Position numbers and translations under genes: made by a program. This document shows, in pieces, positions 1 to 8,945 of a stretch of 36,707 nt of DNA. The DNA is from an uncultured Thermococci archaeon. GTDB taxonomy: Archaea > Methanobacteriota_B > Thermococci > Methanofastidiosales > NM3. The stretch covers positions 1 to 36,707 of the forward strand of contig CAYSZY010000001.1 in the NCBI GenBank assembly GCA_964435645.1. Direction: 5' to 3'. The notes under the pieces are model-generated. The model was not told where the DNA came from, ran no database searches, and saw nothing but the letters and a program-made list of their open reading frames with translations. Every line of letters begins with the position of its first letter. The first letter of the stretch is position 1.

Positions 1-72
1 CGGAGAGAAAACGATGCGCCGGCGCAACGCATCCGGCCCGCCACTGCACGCGCGCAAGGGCGTTTCGATAAC

Positions 73-80
73 TTTTTATA
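73..80 (+). promoter_or_regulatory. TATA-like box (TTTTTATA) about 37 nt upstream of tRNA-Leu
   Basis: AT-rich octamer in an otherwise GC-rich stretch. The spacing fits an archaeal TATA box placing the TSS just upstream of the tRNA 5' end. Confidence 0.4.
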
Positions 81-116
81 GAGTCGCACACAGTCAAGAT
101 ATCTCTTTGAGTATCT

Positions 117-271
117 GGCGGGGTTGCCGAGATTGGTCAAAGGCGATGGACTCAAGATCGCAGGTTCCCTTGAAAAAGCGGGACGCACAAACTAGCGCCT
201 TTGGGTACGGAATGTGATGAGAAATCCATTCCTGTAGAGGTTCGAGGGTTCAAATCCCTTCCCCGCCACCA
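117..271 (+). tRNA. tRNA-Leu(CAA) with a 67-nt intron (157-223) at the canonical 37/38 position; CCA encoded
   Basis: Cloverleaf read by eye. Acceptor GGCGGGG(117-123)/CCCCGCC(261-267). D arm GCC...GGC. Anticodon stem ATGGA(146-150)/TCCAT(225-229). Anticodon CAA at 153-155. Long variable arm CCT-GTAG-AGG (type II tRNA). T arm GAGGG-TTCAAAT-CCCTT. Discriminator A268 and CCA at 269-271. Intron boundaries lie in two 3-nt bulges of an hBHBh' motif. Confidence 0.9.
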
Positions 272-278
272 CATGCCC

Positions 279-743
279 TTACTCGTCCTCGGCAGTGTGC
301 GTTGTACGGTACTTATTCCTTTTGCGGTCAAACTTGTCCCAATAATGGCGCATCTCATCGTCCCCTGGCCGCCCCACCGCTATGCCGTGGGGCGCGGGAT
401 GCCCGTCATCTCCAAGCGTTACGAATGTTACCGCGGTCTCAAGGATGCATACTCCCGGGTGGCGTGATGAAAATATCCTGCCAACCACAGTCAGGCTGGT
501 GCTCCCTGCATACGCCACAAAGGACTCTATGTCCACGATATCCCCATTTCCCACAGGTTTTGTGAACTGCATGCCTTGTACATTGATGCATACAACATTA
601 TCCGCCCTTCCGTTTTTCTTTGCAGCTGCAACAAAACACGCCTCCACCATCCACTGCGCCGTCTCTCCTGCAAACAAGGTACCGTGGTGGTTGAGATTTG
701 CATTCCGCACCAACCGTGCTACATGTGTCTTTTCCATATTCAC
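279..743 (-). CDS. Acyl-CoA thioesterase, hotdog fold (YciA/Acot-like)
   Basis: 154-aa ORF. The N-terminal VRNANLNHHGTLFAGETAQWM is typical of hotdog acyl-CoA thioester hydrolases. A TATA-like ATTTATATATGG lies 30-40 nt upstream on the minus strand. Confidence 0.75.
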   Translation of the reverse strand: MNMEKTHVARLVRNANLNHHGTLFAGETAQWMVEACFVAAAKKNGRADNVVCINVQGMQFTKPVGNGDIVDIESFVAYAGSTSLTVVGRIFSSRHPGVCILETAVTFVTLGDDGHPAPHGIAVGRPGDDEMRHYWDKFDRKRNKYRTTHTAEDE

Positions 744-907
744 ATCACTCCTTTCAAAAACGATATTCCCCTCCCCATATATAAATATCGTGAATAGGGG
801 TGAAATAGCATAGACGAGGATAATTCGTTAAGATATACGTACTTAGGGAAAAATAGATTAATGTTAACGACTATACCATACTAAATCGTTCTTTTTGGTG
901 GGTTGAT

Positions 908-1696
908 ATGGGGTATGACAAGGATAAGGCATTCAGTTATGTCATAGAACACGGCAATGTTATGGACACGTACAAGCTCGAGTTCATCCTCGGCATAGGG
1001 CGAGACGACAGGGTCCCCCTGGAATATTTTGACGCATACCAAAACCCCGACGGGGGATTTGCGTTCAACTTCAAAAAGGGGAATCCGTCATCGGTGGCGA
1101 CGACCATCTCCATGATCACCTGGTACAAGGACCTTGATGTTGCGTACACGGGATCGTTCAAAAAGGCGGTGATCTTCCTCAAGGGCCACCAGACGCAGGA
1201 AGGGTACTGGGACGAAAATCAGGAGATAGGCGCCCTCAATCCCCCTGAATGGTATATGCCCAGCGCACTTACCACCAAGCTCTGGCTCACCGCACAGGCC
1301 GCAAGCGACCTGCTCTTCTACGCGGAAGAGGAGTATATGGCCAAAAAGGCGGTCCGATTCCTTGACCAGTACCGCCGCAACGACGGCACGCTCGAGGGGT
1401 ACCCCATAACAAACTGGATTACGTTCGCACTCTATGCGCAGCTGGGGATGAACGAGTCGGCACAGAAGATCATTCCGTACATTCGCTCGAACATCGAGCG
1501 GGACACGATCATGATAGCGTGGTACCTCGACTGCCTCTGGAAAGCGAAGATGGAGCACGTGCTTGCGGACGACCTGCTCGACCTGCTAGAGTCCATGCAG
1601 GACGACTCAGGGTGCTGGAAGACCGTGGGGGAGGCCGAGTGCCACCCATCGATTACCATCGATGTCATGCGCATCCTCTCCAAGTGGGGCAGGTGA
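908..1696 (+). CDS. Prenyltransferase/terpene-cyclase-like alpha/alpha-toroid repeat protein
   Basis: 262-aa ORF with four spaced QW-like repeats: QNPDGGF, QTQEGYW, RNDGTLEGY and QDDSGCW. Confidence 0.55.
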   Translation: MGYDKDKAFSYVIEHGNVMDTYKLEFILGIGRDDRVPLEYFDAYQNPDGGFAFNFKKGNPSSVATTISMITWYKDLDVAYTGSFKKAVIFLKGHQTQEGYWDENQEIGALNPPEWYMPSALTTKLWLTAQAASDLLFYAEEEYMAKKAVRFLDQYRRNDGTLEGYPITNWITFALYAQLGMNESAQKIIPYIRSNIERDTIMIAWYLDCLWKAKMEHVLADDLLDLLESMQDDSGCWKTVGEAECHPSITIDVMRILSKWGR

Positions 1697-1743
1697 CCAC
1701 ACCGTGCATCTGGCGAAAAAATCTTATTATTCCTACGCATTGG

Positions 1744-2268
1744 ATGTATATGGACGCCATGGATGCCATTATGGGGCGGCGCAGCATACGCGCCTTTACG
1801 TATGATGATGTGCCAGACGAGACGGTCGATCTGCTGCTTCGCGCCGCCATGGCCGCGCCTTCCGCATGCAATCAGCAGCCGTGGGAATTCATCGTTGTCA
1901 GGGACAAGGGCGTGCTGGGAACGGTACCGTCGCTCCAACCATTCTCATCGATGCTCCCTCATGCGGCGTTAGGCATATTCGTGTGTGCCAACACCACGAG
2001 GCTGGCACATCCCAAATGTGCACCCTATTGGGTGCAGGACTGTTCTGCAGCAACACAAAACATCCTCCTTGCGGCGCACGCCATCGGCCTGGGTGCGGTA
2101 TGGCTTGGCGCCTATCCCTCTGAGGACGTATGCAACGGCATATCCCGGCTCCTGTCGCTCCCTGCTGGGATCACGCCCTTTGCAATGATTGCCGTTGGCG
2201 TGCCTGCCGAACAAAAGGCCCCCTCAACACGATACGACCCGGCGCGTGTGCACATTGCGACATGGTAA
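1744..2268 (+). CDS. Nitroreductase family protein
   Basis: RRSIRAFT...PSACNQQPWEFIVV...GLGAVWLG motifs. The ORF-track start at 1519 overlaps the upstream gene, so I chose the in-frame ATG at 1744. ATGs at 1750 and 1759 are alternatives. Confidence 0.8.
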   Translation: MYMDAMDAIMGRRSIRAFTYDDVPDETVDLLLRAAMAAPSACNQQPWEFIVVRDKGVLGTVPSLQPFSSMLPHAALGIFVCANTTRLAHPKCAPYWVQDCSAATQNILLAAHAIGLGAVWLGAYPSEDVCNGISRLLSLPAGITPFAMIAVGVPAEQKAPSTRYDPARVHIATW

Positions 2269-2656
2269 GGCAATTGGCAGGCAAAACAGAAACATTTATT
2301 AACACATAGAGGAATCGGATTCCGAAAGCAATGAATTTCATTTGCATATCCACGGACATTGTACTCGGATTCTTTAGCTTTGGCCACTTTTTCTTTTGAT
2401 GGCTCCCTTTGGCGCAGCATATTTGCGGGAAGGGAGACGCCTGAATTGCTACACCAAATAAGAGTGGCAACCATATACCGAAAATAAAAGGAACGATCAA
2501 CATGTACACAAGACACATGGACACGGCTGCGAAAACGCAGAACAAGGGGGAAACCATGGTTGCTGGCGCTGTTTTTTTCCGTCCTGTAACAGATATTAAC
2601 GCTGCTTGTGCCACTATGGCAAACGACACTAAAGCCGCCATGGGGGGGAGAGCCTG

Positions 2657-2779
2657 ATGCTGGGCATCGAGGACCCCCTGATATGGACAGGATACCTGGC
2701 GATGATTGCCTGTGCAGCCGCATGCGTCGTATACGGCGCCTTGAACTGGAACAAGGGGGCTGAGGAGGATGGCTGTTAG
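2657..2779 (+). CDS. Symporter small accessory membrane protein (40 aa)
   Basis: Hand translation gives MLGIEDPLIWTGYLAMIACAAACVVYGALNWNKGAEEDGC, one TM helix. It resembles the small peptides encoded just upstream of SSS transporters. Its TAG stop (2777-2779) overlaps the symporter ATG (2769) by 11 nt. It is shorter than the ORF-track threshold. Confidence 0.7.
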   Translation: MLGIEDPLIWTGYLAMIACAAACVVYGALNWNKGAEEDGC

Positions 2780-4343
2780 CACCGCCGTGCTGGCGGGATT
2801 CACAGCCGCATACCTCGTCGTCATCGCGATGCTGGCATACTATGGATACAGAAAGACAAAATGCGCCGACGACTATCTTGTCGGAGGGCGGAATATCCAC
2901 CCCGCCGTGCTGGCGCTTTCCTATGGCGCCGCGTTTATCAGCACATCGGCAATAATAGGATTCGGCGGGCTTGCAGGGCAGATAGGCATGGGGCTTATAT
3001 GGCTTACGGTGCTCAACATCGGCATTGGGATCCTCCTCGCATTCGCCATCTTCGGGAAGCGCACCAGGGCTATAGGCCAGAAACTCGGGGCGGTAACATT
3101 CCCCGACCTGCTTGGGAAAGTGTACAAGTCGCCGTTCCTTCGCAAGGCGAGCGCGGTGATAGTCACCGTCGGCATGCCGCTGTATGCGTCGGCAATCCTC
3201 ATCGGGGGCGCCCGATTCATCGAGACAACGCTTTCGGTGTCGTACAACACAGCCCTGGTCGGGTTTGCCATTGTAGTCGCCGCCTACGTCATCATCGGGG
3301 GCCTTATAGCCGTGATGTACACTGACGCGCTCCAAGGGACACTGATGACAATCGGCATGAGCCTGCTTTTGGTGCTGACCTACATCAAGCTCGGAGGGGT
3401 CTCGGAGGCGCACTCGTCGCTCTCAGCCATGAAGGACCTTGTACCCCAGGGGCTGGTGGCCGCGGGCCATACGGGATGGACGTCGATGCCCCTGACGGGA
3501 TCGGCCCTGTGGTACACGCTTGTCACGACAATCATCCTCGGTGTCGGCATCGGCGTTCTCGCCCAGCCGCAACTGGTGGTGCGATTCATGACCGTCCGGT
3601 CTGACCGCTCCCTGCACCGTGCGATTCTCGTCGGCGGCCCGTTTATCATGCTGATGACCGGTGTGGCATTCACAGTGGGCGCACTCACCAACGTATACTT
3701 CCTCAATGAGACGGGGCAGACGGCACTTGCTGCAGGAGGGGGAAACGTCGACGCCATCATGCCTGCGTACATCAACGCGGCCATGCCCGACATATTCATC
3801 GTGCTCTTCATGCTAGTGCTGCTCTCCGCAGCGATGTCAACGCTCAGCTCGCTCTTCCACACCATGGGGACCGCACTGGGCCATGACCTCCTCAAACGGG
3901 ACCGCCTCGATGCGAAGAGGATAACGCAGGGGGCAACCCTTGTAATGATTGCCGTGAGCCTAGCCCTCGCCTATATCATGCCGGTAAACATCATAGCACG
4001 CGCCACTGCAATGTTCATGGGGCTATGCGCTTCGGCACTGCTCCCCGCATTCGTCATGGCGCTCTTTGACAAGGCGCCCTCGACACTTGCTGCAAAAACC
4101 AGCCTTGTGACAGGTGCGTCGGTATGGTTTGCATGGACGGCGTTCGTCCATGTCAAGGAGTCGTCGGCTCTGGGCATATCGGGGCTGCTGTTCGGAAAAG
4201 ACACGGTGATGAGCATGCCGTGGCCGGTGGTAGACCCCCTCGTGATTGCCCTGCCGCTTTCAGCGCTGGCACTCTTGGCGATGAAGCTGTGGGAGTCACG
4301 CGCCAGCGTGCCGCAGGCAAAGGGAGAGGTGGAGCCGCTCTAA
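2769..4343 (+). CDS. Sodium:solute symporter (SSS) family transporter
   Basis: 524 aa and polytopic. The N-terminal DDYLVGGRNIHPAVLALSYGAAFISTSAIIGFGG signature is typical of the SSS family. The substrate cannot be read from the sequence. Confidence 0.85.
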   Translation: MAVSTAVLAGFTAAYLVVIAMLAYYGYRKTKCADDYLVGGRNIHPAVLALSYGAAFISTSAIIGFGGLAGQIGMGLIWLTVLNIGIGILLAFAIFGKRTRAIGQKLGAVTFPDLLGKVYKSPFLRKASAVIVTVGMPLYASAILIGGARFIETTLSVSYNTALVGFAIVVAAYVIIGGLIAVMYTDALQGTLMTIGMSLLLVLTYIKLGGVSEAHSSLSAMKDLVPQGLVAAGHTGWTSMPLTGSALWYTLVTTIILGVGIGVLAQPQLVVRFMTVRSDRSLHRAILVGGPFIMLMTGVAFTVGALTNVYFLNETGQTALAAGGGNVDAIMPAYINAAMPDIFIVLFMLVLLSAAMSTLSSLFHTMGTALGHDLLKRDRLDAKRITQGATLVMIAVSLALAYIMPVNIIARATAMFMGLCASALLPAFVMALFDKAPSTLAAKTSLVTGASVWFAWTAFVHVKESSALGISGLLFGKDTVMSMPWPVVDPLVIALPLSALALLAMKLWESRASVPQAKGEVEPL

Positions 4344-4400
4344 TCCCCTTCTTTTTTCCATTTTTCATGTCCCAAGACCAGGACCGTGGTAGGTGCTACA

Positions 4401-4408
4401 TTTATAAA
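4401..4408 (+). promoter_or_regulatory. TATA box (TTTATAAA) for the ferredoxin gene
   Basis: Consensus archaeal TATA octamer 32 nt upstream of the ATG at 4440. This argues against the GTG start at 4386. Confidence 0.5.
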
Positions 4409-4439
4409 TGAGCATGCAAAAATGTGCTTTGGTAATACC

Positions 4440-4667
4440 ATGACTATATACGTAGACACGACAAAATGCTGCGCATACGTGAAAAGCTGCGGATGCGGAT
4501 GCTCATGCGGTACGCACGAATCGGACAGCGAATGCAAAAAATGCGTCGAGGTGTGCCCAGAGGGGGCGATTACGCAAACCAACGGCATCGACATAGATGA
4601 CGAGCTCTGCAGTGAGTGCGGACTGTGTGTGGAAACATGCTGCAAAGGCGCCCTGCACCTCAACTAA
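4440..4667 (+). CDS. Cys-rich 4Fe-4S ferredoxin-like protein (75 aa)
   Basis: C-terminal CSECGLCVETC and central CKKCVEVCPEGAI cluster motifs. There is an unusual CCAYVKSCGCGCSCG insertion. In total 12 Cys in 75 aa. Confidence 0.65.
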   Translation: MTIYVDTTKCCAYVKSCGCGCSCGTHESDSECKKCVEVCPEGAITQTNGIDIDDELCSECGLCVETCCKGALHLN

Positions 4668-5581
4668 CCCTTTTTTAAACGTAAATTGATTTCCACATCA
4701 TTCTTCGATGGTGGTGGCGCCATTCGCCTGATGCTTATGAGCAGCGCCCCGCCGATAAGCATGGCGGCACCGGCAACGTGCGAACACGCGAACTGCTCGC
4801 CAAGCAGCACTACGGCAAACAGGGCGGAGAAAACTGCCCCCACCGTGAACATTAGTGCGGCGATATTGGGGCCTGCCATGCCGACTCCCCGATAGAAGAG
4901 GAGAACGAATGAAGAATAGAGCACCGCGGAGAGCACCACGTTTTTCGCAAGCAGCCACGAAACGGAACCAATATCGCCGCCCAGCGGGCCGAGGACGATA
5001 AGCGAGAGGAACAGCGAACCGAAAACGAATCGCCCCAGTGTAACCTCATCTGGCCGGAGATAGCGCATAAGGCGCTTTGCGTACGCATTGGTGAAGCCCA
5101 GGCAGAGTGCCGCGCCGATGATAGCGAGGTCTCCCGACATGGGTGGCTTGAGTGTGCCCCCGGTGGATATCAGGAATGCGCCCCCGAGCATAAGTGAGGC
5201 AGTAAGGAGTATCATGTTCCCGGGCCGCTCCCCCACGATAAGATATGCAAACGGGAATGTAAAGAGAAACGTAAGGCGTATCATGAACCCCGCGTTGACT
5301 GCGGAGGTGTGATGCTGGCCCCAAAAGAGCAGGAGGATAACGGCACCCTCTGCGATGATGCCGATGACGGCCATCTTGGCCACCATCGGAAGGTCAAGCT
5401 TCCTGAGCGAGTCCCTGTTGCGCGAAATGAGGTATGGTGCGGTCAGTGCCAGTGCCAGCACGGTGCGTATGAGCGAAAAGGCAAGTGGTTCGATGCCTTT
5501 TTGAAGACCATCCTTCACCACGATGATATCCAATCCGTAGATGCAGGATGCCAAAAGAAGGATAGCGATGGCTTTCCTCAT
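4664..5581 (-). CDS. EamA/DMT-superfamily transporter
   Basis: 305 aa with about 10 TM segments arranged as two similar halves, as in EamA-domain permeases. Confidence 0.8.
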   Translation of the reverse strand: MRKAIAILLLASCIYGLDIIVVKDGLQKGIEPLAFSLIRTVLALALTAPYLISRNRDSLRKLDLPMVAKMAVIGIIAEGAVILLLFWGQHHTSAVNAGFMIRLTFLFTFPFAYLIVGERPGNMILLTASLMLGGAFLISTGGTLKPPMSGDLAIIGAALCLGFTNAYAKRLMRYLRPDEVTLGRFVFGSLFLSLIVLGPLGGDIGSVSWLLAKNVVLSAVLYSSFVLLFYRGVGMAGPNIAALMFTVGAVFSALFAVVLLGEQFACSHVAGAAMLIGGALLISIRRMAPPPSKNDVEINLRLKKG

Positions 5582-5593
5582 GGATAGTTCACC

Positions 5594-6376
5594 TTAGAAC
5601 AGGCGCCTGATATCAGTAATCGATTTGACAACGTGGTGGGCGACGTCATAGAGCTCCTGCTTCTTTTCAAGCCCGTCCTGTATGACCAGTACGGACGTAT
5701 CGGCGGCCTTGAACGCCAAAAGGTCGTTGGAGTCGTTTCCCACCATGACCACAGTGTCGTACCGCTCCTTGAGCATCATTATCGACTCGGCCTTTTTAGG
5801 TTCGGTCTGAAAGCAGAATATGTTTTTGCATGGGATGTCAAGAGTTGTGGAAATCTCGCGCATGCCCTCAAGCGTGTCGCCCGTGGCGATGTATATGTGC
5901 CAGTCACGTTCCTTAAGGTATGAGAACAGCTCTTTTACTCCAGGGTAGATGCACCCGCCAGTGCACAGGACGTGGCTGGGCCGCAGTGACTGGGCATCGT
6001 AGACGACACCAAGATTGGTACGCACCGCCCCCATTAGCCCCATGAGCTTTAGGAGTGTCTGCTGGAACAGCCACAAGGGCACGTCCTTGCATGTGGAAAG
6101 CGCCTCATCGGTATCTATATGCTCCGCAGAAGTGGAATAGACGTTTTTCAGGGACAAGGAGCGCCTGTGGCAAAACGTGTCAAAAGAGATGTCGGGCTGT
6201 TCGTCAAGAATTTCCTTGCTGACGCTCCGCTCGAGGATGAGCAATGCGCCCTTCTCCATGTTGTCAACGATGCATGCAGACGATATGCCTGCCTGGATCT
6301 CGCCAGTGGAAAGGTCATAGGCGACCCGCATCGTGTCAACAAACGTTCCTGACTTGTCAAATACGATGGCTTTCAT
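5594..6376 (-). CDS. HAD-superfamily protein of the soluble P-type-ATPase-like flavour
   Basis: Motif I is FDKSGT (compare DKTGT of P-type ATPases). IATGDT and [15 protein letters not shown] are also present. There is a cap insertion of about 120 aa and no TM segments. Its ATG overlaps the mcrC stop (ATGA). Confidence 0.7.
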   Translation of the reverse strand: MKAIVFDKSGTFVDTMRVAYDLSTGEIQAGISSACIVDNMEKGALLILERSVSKEILDEQPDISFDTFCHRRSLSLKNVYSTSAEHIDTDEALSTCKDVPLWLFQQTLLKLMGLMGAVRTNLGVVYDAQSLRPSHVLCTGGCIYPGVKELFSYLKERDWHIYIATGDTLEGMREISTTLDIPCKNIFCFQTEPKKAESIMMLKERYDTVVMVGNDSNDLLAFKAADTSVLVIQDGLEKKQELYDVAHHVVKSITDIRRLF

Positions 6377-6978
6377 GATCGTGAAGTAGTCTCATTCAAT
6401 GCTTTGCGCACTTTGAATACTATCTCGTCGAGCTTGCGCTGCTCGACGGTGACACCCCTGGTGACGCCGGTAATGATATCGACAAGCTCGCCCTTCGACA
6501 CCGGGTTCCGGGGCCGCACGACACGGGTCTTTACACCAATCTTGGCAAAGTCCTCGAAGTCCGCGGGCACCTGGCAGACGATGATGGCGGGGATACCAAC
6601 ACGGCTCAGGATAAATCGCGCCTTGTAAATAAGGTGATTCTTGACATTTCCGTGGTGGATAAGCGCAAGCCTGAATCCATTGGCCTTTTCAATCTCCTCA
6701 TCCTCGAGCCCGAATCTCGCACCCATTTTACCGAACGGGCAGTCCGCGGGCACTCCTGTTCCTGCATTAAGGACTAGCACTGATGTGTCAATCTCCTCCT
6801 CCCGAAGCGCATAGGTAATCTCACAGACCGGCTTGGTGATATGCCTCCGTCCGGGGGACATGGCAAAGGCGACAACGTCGCCCCCGCACATGGCAATTGT
6901 CCCCCGTTGGGCCATGCCACCGCCGAGCCCCATCCCCATGGCGGCCCGGCAGTTGACAACGTGATGTTTGCGTTCCAT
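6373..6978 (-). CDS. mcrC: Methyl-coenzyme M reductase operon protein C (McrC)
   Basis: 201 aa. [20 protein letters not shown]...[18 protein letters not shown]...[15 protein letters not shown]...IIVCQ closely matches McrC as I remember it. Confidence 0.85.
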   Translation of the reverse strand: MERKHHVVNCRAAMGMGLGGGMAQRGTIAMCGGDVVAFAMSPGRRHITKPVCEITYALREEEIDTSVLVLNAGTGVPADCPFGKMGARFGLEDEEIEKANGFRLALIHHGNVKNHLIYKARFILSRVGIPAIIVCQVPADFEDFAKIGVKTRVVRPRNPVSKGELVDIITGVTRGVTVEQRKLDEIVFKVRKALNETTSRS

Positions 6979-8588
6979 TACTCGAGCACCTTTCCCGCAG
7001 AGAGCGCGTTCCGGTGCAGTTCCTCGGTAATCTCGTCAGCGTTGCCCGTCTTGACTATCTTTCCAAACTCCATCATGGACACCCGGTCGCATACTTCTCT
7101 TGCAAAGTCCATGTTGTGTGTAACAATAATAAACGTTTCGTCAAGATTTTTTCGGGCGTTCTTGATGGCGATGGCCACCTTAGACCGCGTTATGGGATCC
7201 ATGGTGCCCGACGGTTCATCAAGGATTATGAGGTCCGGCTCGCGTATGAGCACCTGCGAAAGCGCGATGCGGTGGCGCTCCCCGACTGAAAGCGAATTTG
7301 GGTATGTGTCAAGAATACTCTTTGACTTTTCAGGGGAGAATCCTATCGAGGTAAGCACCTGCAGCGCCTTGATGCGGGCAAGCTCTTTGGGGAGGGTCAT
7401 ACCGATGGCATCGGTAAGATTCTCAAAGATGGTGCGTGACGGGTATAGCGAGTACTCCTGGTGAAGAATGCCAATATGCCGCTTTGCACGCCCCCGCTCT
7501 AGGAATCCCGGCTTGGTCATATCTATCCACTCATCGCCCACGCGGACGTTTATTTCCCCTTCGGTGGGTTCTGTTATTCCCCCTATGAGTCGGGAAAGTG
7601 TCGTCTTGCCGGCGCCGCTCGTTCCGAGGAGTCCGTATATCTCATTCTCCTTCACATCCAGCGTCACGTCGTCAACAGCCTTGACCAGGCCACGCATGAT
7701 GGAGTAGAAGTACTTCTTGACGTTGCGCACCTCGACCTTGTTTTTATCCCTGGTGTCATGGTGTTCGACCTCGATGACGGGCATCTCCTCGAGAAACTCG
7801 TTGATAAGTTCCTTCGGCTTGCCATATCCGCGCATCTTGCCTTCATCCAGCCATACGACGGAGTCAGCAATCTCCTCTATGACACGGGGATTGTGCGAGG
7901 TTATAACAAGCGGCATGCCCGCTGCCTTGGCGACATCCTTAAGGACATCAAGCACGATTTTGGATGTATTGGGATCGAGGGTGCCGGTTGGTTCGTCGGC
8001 AAGAAGGATAAGCGGCTCCATCGCGAGCTGGCGCGCAAGGACTACCCGCTGCTTTTCGCCGCCGGAGAGATCCTTGGCTATGTGCAGCATCCGGTGCCCC
8101 ATCTTGACCATCTCAAGCAGTTCGGTGACCCGCTTTATGCGATCCTTTTCAGGATACCCGATCGCCTGCAGTTCCTTAAGGATATTCTCGTATACGGTAA
8201 GCTCACCGTAGAGCGCGAACGTCCGCTGTAGCATGATAGAAATATAGCTCTTCACCAGCTTCTGCTCAGAAGTAGGTAAGTTCCACAAATCAAAAGAAGA
8301 TTTTGCGTAGACGCTTTCACATTTCGGGCAATGTATACCCACCTTTGAGGGGTCATCGTAAACATCGCACTTTTCACAGTGGCTAAAGTAATATTTGATA
8401 GTACCTTCGTCGGGGCGATAATCGGTGGAACCGCGGATCATGTGGATAAGGACTGACTTTCCAGCACCGCTCTTGCCGATAATTCCCAGAACTTCACCGG
8501 ATTTGAGGTCAAACGACACATCGTCGAGAACCTTTGCCCCGTTGAAAGACTTCGATATGCCCTTTACGGATAAGAGAATTGATTGCAA
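6978..8588 (-). CDS. atwA: MCR system component A2 (AtwA), tandem ABC ATPase
   Basis: 536 aa with two ABC cassettes: GKSGAGKS with LSGGEKQR and GTSGAGKTT with LSVGERHR. The first cassette carries the CEKC...CPKC zinc-ribbon insertion typical of AtwA. Its stop overlaps the mcrC start by 1 nt. Confidence 0.9.
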   Translation of the reverse strand: MQSILLSVKGISKSFNGAKVLDDVSFDLKSGEVLGIIGKSGAGKSVLIHMIRGSTDYRPDEGTIKYYFSHCEKCDVYDDPSKVGIHCPKCESVYAKSSFDLWNLPTSEQKLVKSYISIMLQRTFALYGELTVYENILKELQAIGYPEKDRIKRVTELLEMVKMGHRMLHIAKDLSGGEKQRVVLARQLAMEPLILLADEPTGTLDPNTSKIVLDVLKDVAKAAGMPLVITSHNPRVIEEIADSVVWLDEGKMRGYGKPKELINEFLEEMPVIEVEHHDTRDKNKVEVRNVKKYFYSIMRGLVKAVDDVTLDVKENEIYGLLGTSGAGKTTLSRLIGGITEPTEGEINVRVGDEWIDMTKPGFLERGRAKRHIGILHQEYSLYPSRTIFENLTDAIGMTLPKELARIKALQVLTSIGFSPEKSKSILDTYPNSLSVGERHRIALSQVLIREPDLIILDEPSGTMDPITRSKVAIAIKNARKNLDETFIIVTHNMDFAREVCDRVSMMEFGKIVKTGNADEITEELHRNALSAGKVLE

Positions 8589-8660
8589 AATACTATACCC
8601 CCTTTGGCGAAAGTGGGATATGAGAATTTAAAAATGTATGCCCAAATCTTTTTAAACAAA

Positions 8661-8674
8661 TTAGGTTAACCTAA
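8661..8674. promoter_or_regulatory. Perfect 14-bp palindrome TTAGGTTAACCTAA, a putative DtxR-family operator at the feoA promoter
   Basis: It lies between the TATA-like TTTTTAAA (8649-8656) and the GTG start of feoA (8679). Its arms match the outer arms of the DtxR/IdeR box (TTAGGTTA...TAACCTAA). Confidence 0.6.
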
Positions 8675-8678
8675 TCTT

Positions 8679-8903
8679 GTGTCAAAAAGATTATCAGAGA
8701 TATCATCAGGAGGGCGCGCGTACGTACAGAGTATCGAAGGAGGGCTCAATGTCCGACAGAGACTGTGCGAGCTCGGCGTGCATCCCGGCGAGTCGGTGCT
8801 GGTGGAAAAGACCGGCATACTCGGAGGCCCCCTCATGCTCAAAGTTGGGGATCACCATATTGCAATTGGCAAAGGGCTGGCACAAAAAATTCTCGTGGAT
8901 TAA
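8679..8903 (+). CDS. feoA: FeoA-family protein
   Basis: 74 aa with a GTG start. RLCELGVHPGESVLVEKTGILGGPLMLKVGDHHIAIGKGLAQKILV is an SH3-like FeoA pattern. Confidence 0.85.
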   Translation: MSKRLSEISSGGRAYVQSIEGGLNVRQRLCELGVHPGESVLVEKTGILGGPLMLKVGDHHIAIGKGLAQKILVD

Positions 8904-8945
8904 CTACGCATTCCTGCAGAATCGCACCAGCACTTCGCCAAAAGT

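Noticed and set aside
214-220. C-box-like GTGATGA inside the tRNA-Leu intron, which could hint at an intron-encoded C/D-box sRNA as in some archaeal tRNA introns.
   Set aside because: These bases form the outer and central helices of the BHB splice motif. There is no D box (CTGA) or C'/D' pair in the intron, and the box would be at the wrong (3') end.
1519-1743. Upstream extension of the nitroreductase ORF, with the ORF-track start at 1519.
   Set aside because: It overlaps the last 178 nt of the toroid-repeat gene and translates to Arg/Gly-rich low complexity. The nitroreductase homology starts near 1759.
2502-2657. 51-codon ORF whose stop overlaps the accessory-peptide start (TGATG).
   Set aside because: The translation (MYTRHMDTAAKTQNKGETMVAGAVFF...) has no hydrophobic segment, motif or obvious RBS or TATA context. 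I keep it only as a note within the long-spacer finding.
2112-3413. Long minus-strand ORFs (433 aa at 2112-3413; 217 aa at 2171-2824) antisense to the symporter region. The 217-aa ORF has TM-like hydrophobic stretches.
   Set aside because: They overlap the nitroreductase 3' end, the accessory peptide and the well-supported SSS symporter. Their composition is Arg/Gly/Pro/Cys-rich, as is typical of antisense frames in GC-rich DNA, and they carry no recognisable motifs.
4340-4663. 107-codon open frame directly in-frame after the TAG stop of the EamA gene, suggesting possible pyrrolysine read-through.
   Set aside because: The extension is exactly antisense to the Cys-rich ferredoxin gene. Its Ser/His/Cys-rich translation looks like a shadow frame and has no transporter-like or TM features.
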